DNA from: Nitrospinaceae bacterium
GTDB taxonomy: Bacteria; Nitrospinota; Nitrospinia; Nitrospinales; Nitrospinaceae
Assembly: GCA_965237905.1 (NCBI GenBank)
Contig: OZ250172.1
Span: 576,001-640,000, forward strand
Direction: 5' to 3'
Length of the DNA stretch: 64,000 nt
A program made the translations under genes and the position numbers. This document shows, piece by piece, positions 19,887 to 28,580 of the stretch; position 1 is the first letter of the stretch; every line of letters starts with the position of its first letter. A model generated the notes under the pieces. That model made no database searches. It was given only the letters and a program-made list of their open reading frames with translations, and was not told the origin of the DNA.

Positions 19887-21281
19887 TTAGAAGAACATGT
19901 AGGCCATGCCAAAATTGATCTGGTTGTTCGATGTCCCGTCCGTGAACACCTGATGGGTATAATCCGCCTTTAACGCCACATTGGGGGTTGAGGGAAACCA
20001 AGTGACACCGGCCGTATATACATCCGTTTCACCCCGAGACCCCGTTTGCGGCGCAAAACCCGCCGGCATTTCGTTCTGAGTATCGATGAACTCGTACATG
20101 AAGTGAGTGACCACATCATGGGACGTGCTCTTGCCCAACAGTTGCGGCCAGTGAATACCGAACTGCACGTTGTATCCCAGAATGTTGGAAGCGATAAACC
20201 GATTGTTGGCAACATCTGGAAAAACCGCAGAATTTCCCTTACCAGCCGCTATCACATTTTGGGCGATGGCGAAATTATTCAATTCCGCGGCGTTGTTGAT
20301 GTGAACGTTGGCGACACTGGCGTTCATCTCAAACCACTTTCTACGGTATTTGATGTCTCCTTCAATGATGGTGGTGCGACCACCTTCCTGAATCAAACCC
20401 TGGGTGGTCTGGCCGGTATAGAACGAACCCGCGAGCTGGAATCCCGGAAGCAGGTTGGAAAATTCGATACGGCCGGTCAGCGCTATATCGGAAGCAATTG
20501 CCTGGTTGGGTTGCAGGCGACCACTGCGGATACCGCTGGAGGCCCGGAAACGTCCTGAACTCCCACCTCTCCCGGTTCCCGAGCCGGAAGAAAAACCGTC
20601 CTCGCGAATGGATTGCAGGGAGTTGATCGCATACAGACGGTAGTTCATGCCGCCCAGAAAATTACCGAAGGTGCCGAAGAAGCCGCCGCCGGTGCCGTTC
20701 CAGGACGTGGGAATGATGCGGTTGTGGAACACGGGACGTTCCACCGTCCAGAACAAAACCGGTTCGTGGAATTCGTTCAGGAACCCGACAGGAACCAGTA
20801 CCGTACCGGCGCGAAAGTTAATTTTGGGATCGAGCAGAAAATCCAGATAGCCCATCTCGAATTCCAACTCCTGCCCCGCGTGCTCGTAATCGATTTCAGC
20901 GTTCAGGAAGATCCAGTCGGTAAATCGGGCGTTGATACCGATGACAAACCGATGAGCATCAAACGTACTGTCACGCTCATCGGTCGGTATATTGAAATGC
21001 GTCTCACCGTAACCGGTGACGTTGACGTTTTTGCGGATGGTTCCGAATATGTCCCGCATATCGTCGATTTCATCCGCCAGACGGTTGATTTCCTCCCGCA
21101 AATCTTCGAGGCTCCCGCCGCCGTCTTCTTCAATGATCAAAATATCGTCACCCTCATCCTCGATGATCAAAATATCTGCATCCTGTTTTTTAGGCGATGG
21201 CGCCTGTTGCGACCACACCGCCGAAGGCACCATCGACCCGACCAAGACCAGAACCCCTGCCAGGGATAAAATGTGTTTCAT
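19887..21281 (-). CDS. Outer-membrane beta-barrel (porin-like) protein with N-terminal acidic/coiled-coil region
   Basis: Signal peptide, GYGETHFN, FLNEFHEP, alternating beta strands, C-terminal Phe (MAYMFF); GGAGG upstream of ATG 21281. Confidence 0.8.
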   Translation of the reverse strand: MKHILSLAGVLVLVGSMVPSAVWSQQAPSPKKQDADILIIEDEGDDILIIEEDGGGSLEDLREEINRLADEIDDMRDIFGTIRKNVNVTGYGETHFNIPTDERDSTFDAHRFVIGINARFTDWIFLNAEIDYEHAGQELEFEMGYLDFLLDPKINFRAGTVLVPVGFLNEFHEPVLFWTVERPVFHNRIIPTSWNGTGGGFFGTFGNFLGGMNYRLYAINSLQSIREDGFSSGSGTGRGGSSGRFRASSGIRSGRLQPNQAIASDIALTGRIEFSNLLPGFQLAGSFYTGQTTQGLIQEGGRTTIIEGDIKYRRKWFEMNASVANVHINNAAELNNFAIAQNVIAAGKGNSAVFPDVANNRFIASNILGYNVQFGIHWPQLLGKSTSHDVVTHFMYEFIDTQNEMPAGFAPQTGSRGETDVYTAGVTWFPSTPNVALKADYTHQVFTDGTSNNQINFGMAYMFF

Positions 21282-21357
21282 TGCTTCCTCCAAAAACGCA
21301 AATTAAATTTCAATGATTTCAACTTCACTCTATTATTCCTAAAATCCGCAAAGCATT

Positions 21358-21639
21358 TCAGGCCTGAAAACGGGTCAAACACCGCTTCAGTCCCGATAGA
21401 CTCCCGGAAGAACCGTGAACCAATGGAATGGCATTCATTTTGGCGGTTCGCTTGACTTCGTGGACCAAAGGATGCCCCACCTGTCCGGTGAATATGACAA
21501 TGCCATCGACCCCGGACAACCGCCGGGACATGGCAGGCACCCGCCTTCCGAAAAACCGGACATCGAACCCCATTTCCCGGCCTTTCTGTTCATAATTCCG
21601 TTTCAACCGATCCAAACCTCCAATAATGGCTATACTCAT
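21358..21639 (-). CDS. DUF2325-like protein
   Basis: IAIIGG...DGIVIFTGQVGH...IPLVH pattern, 93 aa. Confidence 0.75.
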   Translation of the reverse strand: MSIAIIGGLDRLKRNYEQKGREMGFDVRFFGRRVPAMSRRLSGVDGIVIFTGQVGHPLVHEVKRTAKMNAIPLVHGSSGSLSGLKRCLTRFQA

Positions 21640-21689
21640 AAAAACCTCTCTGAACCACCCGATCAGGCAATCCGTGCAGAAAAGATTTT

Positions 21690-21754
21690 GAAAATCATTC
21701 TCATTATTAATAAACGGAGGGAGATTATCCTAATTGATAATGATTGTCAATATT
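21690..21754. promoter_or_regulatory. Two Fur-box-like operators
   Basis: GAAAATCATTCTCATTATT (21690-21708, 14/19) and GATAATGATTGTCAATATT (21736-21754, 15/19) versus consensus GATAATGATAATCATTATC. Confidence 0.75.
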
Positions 21755-21874
21755 ATTTTTAAGATTTTTATGGTTTTAAGTTAACTCATTAAAATCAAAC
21801 AAGTTAAATGCCAAAAAGAATTGGTAGAAATGGAGGGATCGGGGGAAAGACTTGAGAAACTGCGGATTCTCAAT

Positions 21875-22639
21875 TTAAAAAGCAGTTTTACCTTCGATAC
21901 GGGTGAGCACTTCATGACCGTCGTCGGTGACCAGAATGGTGTGCTCGTACTGGGCGGAGAGAGCGCCATCCTGAGTGACGGCGGTCCAGTTATCCTCCAG
22001 GATTTTGAGGTCGGGTTTCCCCTGGTTGATCATGGGTTCGATGGTGAAGGTCATCCCCTTCTTCAGTTCCATGCCCTGTCCGAACTTGCCGAAATGCAGG
22101 ACCTGCGGGTCCTCGTGAAAATTGCGTCCAATGCCGTGGCCGCAGAACTCGCGTACCACGGAATAGCCTTTGGGTTCCACATGCTGTTGGATCGTGGCGC
22201 CGATATCCCCCAACCGCGCTCCCGGCCGGACAATGGCAATGGCCTTATGCAACGCTTCCCGGGTGGTGTCCACCAGTTTCTTGGCCTGCTTGCGGGGCGA
22301 ACCGACGAAAAAGGACTGATTGGTATCGCCGTGGAATCCGTCGACAATCGTCGTGATATCCAGATTCACCATATCGCCATTGCGCAGTTTGCGTTCCGAA
22401 GGGATACCATGACAAATCTCATCATTCACCGAGGTGCAGATACTTTTGGGGAATCCCCGGTAATTCAGCGGTGCCGGAATGGCTTTGTTCTTGATGATAA
22501 AGTCATGGCACCGGTCGTTGAGCTCGTTGGTCGTCACTCCCGGCTTAATGTACGGGGCGATCATCAACAGGACCTCCGCCGCCAGTTTGCCGGAGATGCG
22601 CATCAATTCGATTTCGTCGTCTTTTTTAATGGTGACCAT
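21875..22639 (-). CDS. map: Methionine aminopeptidase type I
   Basis: CTSVNDEICHGIP, GFHGDT, CGHGIG..FHEDP, FTIEPM, AQYEHT. Confidence 0.97.
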   Translation of the reverse strand: MVTIKKDDEIELMRISGKLAAEVLLMIAPYIKPGVTTNELNDRCHDFIIKNKAIPAPLNYRGFPKSICTSVNDEICHGIPSERKLRNGDMVNLDITTIVDGFHGDTNQSFFVGSPRKQAKKLVDTTREALHKAIAIVRPGARLGDIGATIQQHVEPKGYSVVREFCGHGIGRNFHEDPQVLHFGKFGQGMELKKGMTFTIEPMINQGKPDLKILEDNWTAVTQDGALSAQYEHTILVTDDGHEVLTRIEGKTAF

Positions 22640-23552
22640 GGGTATACCCGAACTCCTTCAAATAGCGTGCACTTTCCCGCCAGCGTTCCTTAACCTTCAC
22701 GAAACTATTTAGATACACTTTACTGCCCAAACGTTTCTCAATTTCTGTCCGCGCCTGGCTTCCGACCTTCTTGAGCAGGGCTCCCTTTTCGCCAATGACG
22801 ATCTTCTTTTGCGAAGATTTTTCAACGTAAATGGCGGCATCGATGACGATTACCCCCTTTTGGCCCTCGCGCATGCTCTCCACCATCACCGCCACGGCAT
22901 AAGGTACTTCCAGATGGGTGAGGCGGATGATCTTTTCCCGGATGATCTCGGCCACCAGAAACTCCTCCGGGCAGTCGGTGATCATGTCCTCGGGAAAGTA
23001 CTGCGGCCCCTCCGGCAGATGCTTGAGCAGGATATCTTTCAGGATATCGAGCCCGTCCTCCTTTAACGCAGAGATGGGGATGATATCGGTAAACGCCGCG
23101 CGGCTTTTCAACTCGGCCATCAAACGCAACACCTCCGGCTTGGGGATCAGGTCGATCTTGTTGATCACCAGAAAAATCGGGGTCTTCACATCTTTCAATG
23201 AATCCAGTACAAACTCGTCTTCCGGCCGGAACTTCTGCTTCGCGTCGACCATGAACAGGATGATGTCAACATCCCCGTAAGTGCTCATCGAGGCATGCAC
23301 CATCGCCTGGTTGAGCTTGCTGGTGGACTCGTGAATACCGGGCGTGTCCATCAGGATGATCTGCCCGCCGGGCAGGTGACAAATGCCGGTGATCTTGTTG
23401 CGGGTGGTTTGGGGCCGCCGGGAAATCGCCGCCAGTTTGCTCGACACCAGGTGGTTGAGCAGGGTCGATTTCCCCACGTTGGGCTTGCCAATAAGGCTCG
23501 CGTAACCCGATTTGAATACTGTGCTCTCAGAGGCTAAAATGCTACTGTTCAC
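22626..23552 (-). CDS. era: GTPase Era
   Basis: GKPNVGKST, QTTR, DTPG, NKID, C-terminal KH domain. Confidence 0.95.
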   Translation of the reverse strand: MNSSILASESTVFKSGYASLIGKPNVGKSTLLNHLVSSKLAAISRRPQTTRNKITGICHLPGGQIILMDTPGIHESTSKLNQAMVHASMSTYGDVDIILFMVDAKQKFRPEDEFVLDSLKDVKTPIFLVINKIDLIPKPEVLRLMAELKSRAAFTDIIPISALKEDGLDILKDILLKHLPEGPQYFPEDMITDCPEEFLVAEIIREKIIRLTHLEVPYAVAVMVESMREGQKGVIVIDAAIYVEKSSQKKIVIGEKGALLKKVGSQARTEIEKRLGSKVYLNSFVKVKERWRESARYLKEFGYTHGHH

Positions 23553-23635
23553 TCACATTTAAATGTGTATAGATTGTTCCGTTTGACTGGATAAATTGTA
23601 TTATAGGACAGGCCATAAACCAAGCACGGATATCA

Positions 23636-24790
23636 ATGAACTCTATCGGTTTGTATCTTCACATTCCTTATTGCCTGCATAAATGCGGCTACTGCGACTT
23701 CAACTCCCATAACATCAATGAGGCGGAGATGGAGTCCTACGTCCAGGCCCTGCTCATGGAAATGGAGCATGCAGCAAAAGGGGCGCAGAATCGCCGGGTC
23801 ACCACGATCTTTTTCGGCGGCGGCACCCCCACCACCCTGCCCTTCGCCGACCTGGCCCGCATTCTGGAGGCCTGCCGCCAGCATTTTCAAGTGGGCCCGG
23901 AAGCCGAGATCACCTGCGAGGCCAACCCGGCCACCATCCCGCAAACCGATTTGGCGCAATTGCGCGAGGCGGGATTCAACCGCCTCAGCATCGGAGTGCA
24001 GTCGTTCGATCCGGACGAACTGAAACGACTGGAGCGGGTGCACAGCGTGGACGAGATTTACCTCACAGTCGAACGGGCGCGGCAGGCAAAATTTGGAAAC
24101 CTGTCGCTCGACCTCATGTTCGCTCTGCCGGGGCAAACGGTGGAGCGCTGGCAGGACAATTTACAACAGGCCCTGGGCCTGCAACCGGATCATATCTCGG
24201 CCTACAACCTGACCATCGAGCCGGACACGGTCTTCTACAAACAACAATCACAAGGCCAACTGACTATGCCGCCGGACGATTTCCAGCGGGAACTGTTTGA
24301 GATCACCATCGACACCCTCACCGGTGCCGGATACGAACATTACGAAATTTCCAATTACGCGAAACCGGGAAAGCAAAGCCGCCATAACATCAATTATTGG
24401 GTGGACGGCGAATTCATTGGGCTCGGCGCGGGGGCATCGTCTTTCTTCAACGGCGATCGCTACAAAAACACCAACCTGCCCGCCCGCTACATCGCGCAGA
24501 TCCAGAAATCCAGGACAGCGGTGGAATCGCGCGAAACACCGGACCGCCGCCAACGCATGGGCGAGACGGTCATGCTCGGACTCCGCCTGCGCGGAGGCAT
24601 TCGCCTCACGACATTCGAAAAACAATTTGACACGTCATTCCATGCGGCGTTTGGAAATACGATAGAAAAGTTGGAAGAGACAGGTCTAATTAAAATAAGC
24701 GAAGACAACGTCGCATTGACCGATGAGGGTTTATTTTTAGCTGACTCGGTGATCATCGAATTCATCCCGGAACCGGAGAAAGCAATCTGA
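23636..24790 (+). CDS. hemW: Radical SAM heme chaperone HemW
   Basis: LYLHIPYCLHKCGYCDF, FGGGTPT, YEISNY, HNINYW. Confidence 0.9.
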   Translation: MNSIGLYLHIPYCLHKCGYCDFNSHNINEAEMESYVQALLMEMEHAAKGAQNRRVTTIFFGGGTPTTLPFADLARILEACRQHFQVGPEAEITCEANPATIPQTDLAQLREAGFNRLSIGVQSFDPDELKRLERVHSVDEIYLTVERARQAKFGNLSLDLMFALPGQTVERWQDNLQQALGLQPDHISAYNLTIEPDTVFYKQQSQGQLTMPPDDFQRELFEITIDTLTGAGYEHYEISNYAKPGKQSRHNINYWVDGEFIGLGAGASSFFNGDRYKNTNLPARYIAQIQKSRTAVESRETPDRRQRMGETVMLGLRLRGGIRLTTFEKQFDTSFHAAFGNTIEKLEETGLIKISEDNVALTDEGLFLADSVIIEFIPEPEKAI

Positions 24791-24791
24791 C

Positions 24792-25577
24792 ATGAGCCAC
24801 ACCCCTGACGCGGCATTTAAAAAACTGATCGATATCGTCAATACCCTGATGAGCGAGAACGGGTGTCCGTGGGACCTCGTGCAGACGCGCGAGTCGTTGA
24901 AACCCTATCTGGTCGAAGAAGCGTATGAAACGCTGGAGGCGCTCGACAGCAACCAGCCGGAAAAAATCAAGGACGAGTTAGGCGACCTCCTGTACCAGAT
25001 CCTGTTTCACTCCAAGATTTCCGAGAATCAGAAAGAGTTCGATATCACGCAGGTGATCGACAACCTGAGTGAAAAAATGGTGCGGCGTCACCCGCATGTG
25101 TTTGAAGAAGCCACGGCCGATACGCCGGACGCGGTGATTGATCAGTGGGAACACATCAAGATCAGCGAAAAGGCCAACCGGGACCACAAGTCGGTGCTCG
25201 ACAGCGTGCCGAAACATCTGCCATCACTCGCCCGCGCGCAAAAACTCACCAGGAAAGCCGCCAAGCACGGCTTCGACTGGCAGGAGATCAAAGACGTGTT
25301 CGCCAAGCTGGACGAAGAGGTTGCCGAGTTCAAGGAAGCGGTACTGAGCGGCAAGGACGGCGACATCGCTGGCGAACTGGGTGATATCCTGTTCGTGCTG
25401 GTGAACATCGCGCGGCACAAAAAGATCGACGCCGAGGAAGCGTTACGTGGCACCAACAACAAATTCATCGAACGCTTCCAATACATCGAAGCCCAGGTCG
25501 AAAAATCCGGCAAGCCGCTCAAAGACACTCCTCTCGACGAAATGGAACGTTATTGGCAGGAAGCGAAGGGGAAATGA
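24792..25577 (+). CDS. mazG: Nucleoside triphosphate pyrophosphohydrolase MazG
   Basis: GCPWD..QT, EEAYE, DELGDLL, RRHPHVF; second domain GELGDILF. Confidence 0.95.
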   Translation: MSHTPDAAFKKLIDIVNTLMSENGCPWDLVQTRESLKPYLVEEAYETLEALDSNQPEKIKDELGDLLYQILFHSKISENQKEFDITQVIDNLSEKMVRRHPHVFEEATADTPDAVIDQWEHIKISEKANRDHKSVLDSVPKHLPSLARAQKLTRKAAKHGFDWQEIKDVFAKLDEEVAEFKEAVLSGKDGDIAGELGDILFVLVNIARHKKIDAEEALRGTNNKFIERFQYIEAQVEKSGKPLKDTPLDEMERYWQEAKGK

Positions 25578-25580
25578 TCC

Positions 25581-26051
25581 ATGCCTGACACCAAACCATT
25601 TGTAGGGATTTTATTAATATTTTCCCCTATTGCTACAATCGGTATTGGTGCCGTACTTGGTTTTTTCCCTTATTTTACACTGCTGGGATTCATATCTATT
25701 GCGTCTATTTTTGGAGTGATTTATCCATCATTGGGGTACTTTTTAAGCACTTACATCAAGATAAAGTTTCCTTTACAAAAAGCAAACCTATTATTTTTAA
25801 TCATATTTATTGGCCTTGGTCTTCTCAATATTTATTTTATTTTCATATCTTGGCCATATGGCTTGAAATACCAAGGGAAGCTCATTACCTATGGATTTTC
25901 CACCATCAGCATCGCCTGTCATATTTATTTTCTCTTTGTGATCAAAAAAACCTTCTCCACCCAACCACCTGAAAATCACTGGAAAGCCCACTGGTTATTT
26001 TGGTTCTGGTTGTCCGCACTGGCATTCCCATACCTTGGAGAAATGCCTTGA
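25581..26051 (+). CDS. Hypothetical AT-rich membrane protein
   Basis: 156 aa ORF with several hydrophobic segments filling the intergenic space. Confidence 0.55.
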   Translation: MPDTKPFVGILLIFSPIATIGIGAVLGFFPYFTLLGFISIASIFGVIYPSLGYFLSTYIKIKFPLQKANLLFLIIFIGLGLLNIYFIFISWPYGLKYQGKLITYGFSTISIACHIYFLFVIKKTFSTQPPENHWKAHWLFWFWLSALAFPYLGEMP

Positions 26052-26078
26052 GCGCAATGAGGAGTTGAACAACTGTTC

Positions 26079-26762
26079 ATGAAAAACCAATTAGAACAAT
26101 CCGGATACACATTTTGCCGCGGGGCTTTGGATGCCTCTACTGTGAGCAAAATCATCCAAGAAATCGAGGAGCAAGCTTGTGAAATGACGCGCGCTGGGAT
26201 TCGCAGCCCGGAAACCCGCTTCCCTTCCATTCAAGAACTGATTCAATCGCCCGTCCTGCAATCCATCGTGCATCAGTTTTTACCCGGCAAGGCCCTTCCG
26301 GTGCGCTCAATTCTGTTCGATAAGTCGGCAGATACGGATTGGGGGGTGCCCTGGCACCAGGATTTGACCATCGCCGTGCAAGCTAAACATGAGATGCCCG
26401 GATTCAGCGCCTGGACTCTTAAAGACGGAGTTCAACATGTGCAACCGCCGGTGGAGATCATGGAACGTATGGTGACCCTTCGCGTCCACTTAGATGATAC
26501 CGATGCAACCAATGGAGCCTTAAGAGTGCTTCCGGAATCTCATCGCAACAAAAGACATTCTTCCGAAGCTATCATCAAAGAAACTACTCTTAAGAAAAAG
26601 GTCCTCTGTAATGCCGATGCCGGAGATATTCTGGTGATGAAACCCTTACTTCTGCATTCTTCAAAGAAAGGAATATCGAAAGGAAACCGCCGCATCCTCC
26701 ATGTCGAGTATTCAGTGGATGATTTACCTTCACCTCTGACGTGGCTGAAATACAGTGGTTAA
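26079..26762 (+). CDS. Phytanoyl-CoA dioxygenase (PhyH) family Fe(II)/2OG oxygenase
   Basis: WHQD, RVHLDD...NGALRVLPESH, LLLHSS, RRILHVEY. Confidence 0.85.
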   Translation: MKNQLEQSGYTFCRGALDASTVSKIIQEIEEQACEMTRAGIRSPETRFPSIQELIQSPVLQSIVHQFLPGKALPVRSILFDKSADTDWGVPWHQDLTIAVQAKHEMPGFSAWTLKDGVQHVQPPVEIMERMVTLRVHLDDTDATNGALRVLPESHRNKRHSSEAIIKETTLKKKVLCNADAGDILVMKPLLLHSSKKGISKGNRRILHVEYSVDDLPSPLTWLKYSG

Positions 26763-26783
26763 GATTGCGGGTGCCGCAGGCAC

Positions 26784-26823
26784 AAAAAAACCCCGGCGGG
26801 GCGGGATGCCCGGCCGGGGTTTT
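26784..26823. terminator. Bidirectional intrinsic terminator
   Basis: A7-CCCCGGC...GCCGGGG-T4 between convergent genes. Confidence 0.8.
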
Positions 26824-26837
26824 CAGTGATCGCGGTT

Positions 26838-27038
26838 TTACTTGGGAATGACGTTGGAGGCCTGTGGACCTTTCTTGCCATCGGTCTTTTCGAACTCGAC
26901 CGTCTGGCCTTCCGTCAGGGTTTTGAATCCTTCGGCTTGAATCTCTGAGAAATGAACGAAAACGTCTTCGCCATCTTCCCCTTCGATAAATCCATATCCT
27001 TTGCTGTCGTTAAACCACTTTACTTTTCCTACTGACAT
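26838..27038 (-). CDS. Cold-shock protein (CspA family)
   Basis: GKVKWFN, KGYGFI, DVFVHFS; ATG 27038 with AAGGAG upstream. Confidence 0.95.
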   Translation of the reverse strand: MSVGKVKWFNDSKGYGFIEGEDGEDVFVHFSEIQAEGFKTLTEGQTVEFEKTDGKKGPQASNVIPK

Positions 27039-27338
27039 ACTAATCGTGCTCCTTAAATGAGCGGGAAGCCTATCGAGCAAAACCCAAAACCGCATTCCCA
27101 GATTTTTCGTAAGACGGTCTTCAAAAACTCCGCCGGCGGGTGCGTTTCCCAACAAAAAAAACCATCCCAGAGGATGGTCGGTTCATATCGAATCGAATGT
27201 TCCAATCACCGCTGTCGGAAAAGCCCGTTCATCCGGGCGGATGGATTCAAAGCCCATCTCATTTTACGGCCCCTTTGTACCACAAGTAATTCGATTTTCC
27301 CAAGTTTTTTTAGTGAATGGGAGGTGATTGGCGGGCAC

Positions 27339-27372
27339 AAAAAACCCGGCGGAGGTGGGGAGCTCCGCCGGG
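27339..27372 (-). terminator. Intrinsic terminator of the upstream csp gene
   Basis: CCCGGCGGAG/CTCCGCCGGG stem followed by a U6 tail on the minus strand. Confidence 0.8.
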
Positions 27373-27389
27373 GGATTAAATGCGTGAGG

Positions 27390-27590
27390 TTATTTTGGAA
27401 CTACGTTGGAGGCTTGCGGGCCTTTTTTTCCCTGGGTCTTTTCGAATTCGACCTCTTGGCCCTCTTTCAGTGTTTTGAATCCTTCGGATTGAATCTCCGA
27501 GAAGTGAACAAACACGTCTTCTCCATCCTCAGATTCGATAAAACCGTACCCCTTGCTTTCGTTGAACCACTTAACTTTACCTAGAGACAT
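27390..27590 (-). CDS. Cold-shock protein (CspA family), tandem paralog
   Basis: Nearly the same 66 aa sequence as 26838-27038. Confidence 0.95.
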   Translation of the reverse strand: MSLGKVKWFNESKGYGFIESEDGEDVFVHFSEIQSEGFKTLKEGQEVEFEKTQGKKGPQASNVVPK

Positions 27591-27892
27591 ACCAATCGCG
27601 CTCCTCAGATTGAGCGGGAAGGCGTTCCAGATGGTACCTAAAGCGCGTTCCCCAGTTGTCTTTCAGGCGATTACTGGCCCTATCCCCGCAAAGACCCTGC
27701 CCGGGCCCCACTTTTCGGATTGCCGTGACCACTACCACCCCTTTTTGGCACGCGTATCCTACCATAACCGGGGAAAACAACCCATACTTTTGTGGCCCGA
27801 AAACAGTGAATGTTCGCTTAACCGAAATACCCTAATTAAGGTAAGAATACTCTTTTTAATATCTTGGAGATCCCCAAAAGTCCCATTTCCCG

Positions 27893-28167
27893 CTACTTCC
27901 GATCCAGAGCAACTTGCACTGCTTTGTCGGCCCAGAGAACAAGTTCCTCTTCATTTTCGAGGATGTCCGGCGGGATTTCGTAATAGTTCTTGAGGGTCTG
28001 CTTGTCCGAGGGTCGAAACGGTTTCATGCCGTATTTCTCGTAGGCAGGACGCGGAGTACCTCCGCTGGTAATTTTAAAACCTTTGTCGGCGAAATAAACC
28101 TTTTGATCGCACGCTCATGCCTCAGCGAAATTTCCTCCGGACGTAGTCCGGCTTCATCACCTTTCAT
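27893..28167 (-). pseudogene. Degenerate TfoX/Sxy N-terminal-domain gene
   Basis: Manual translation gives ...RPAYEKYGMKPFRPSDKQTLKNYYEIPPDILENEEELVLWADKAVQVALDRK* ending at 27893; the ATG at 28167 (ATGA overlap) is in another frame and the TfoX frame has upstream TGA stops. Confidence 0.65.
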
Positions 28168-28577
28168 TGATCCTCCTTCGCCGGGGTCAATACAAAATAC
28201 AGATTGTATGCCATGATCAACAGACCCGCTCCCGTCATCAGAGCGAAGCCGACGAACGCGGCGTGTAGGATGCCGCCGGACCAGAGGCCTCCCGCCAAAT
28301 GAGTGGTGGCCATACCCAGCAGGCCGACGTTGTGCAATATGAAATGATACTTAACGCCCCCTGGCCAGGGAACGGGACGGGAGTTGAAGCGGGGAAGCAC
28401 ATGATACGCCACCCCGGAGATAAACATGGTCATGAATCCCAGCAGGTTGAGATGGATATGAACGAAACGCAGTCGCTGGCTCCACTCCGGCTGAGTGCCG
28501 ATCACCACACCCATCACCACCCCCAGCGCCAGATAAATCAGCGCCACTTTGGTAAAACGTTTCGCGTAAATTTCCAT
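28164..28577 (-). CDS. Small 4-TM His-containing membrane protein (heme-copper oxidase subunit I-like fragment family)
   Basis: FVHIHLNLLGF...GVAYHVLPRF motif; GAGGTGAG upstream. Confidence 0.6.
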   Translation of the reverse strand: MEIYAKRFTKVALIYLALGVVMGVVIGTQPEWSQRLRFVHIHLNLLGFMTMFISGVAYHVLPRFNSRPVPWPGGVKYHFILHNVGLLGMATTHLAGGLWSGGILHAAFVGFALMTGAGLLIMAYNLYFVLTPAKEDQ

Positions 28578-28580
28578 AGC

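Noticed and set aside
27914..28216. 100-aa plus-strand ORF, and 27553-27993
   Set aside because: No motifs; the opposite strand carries the TfoX-like remnant and the csp leader
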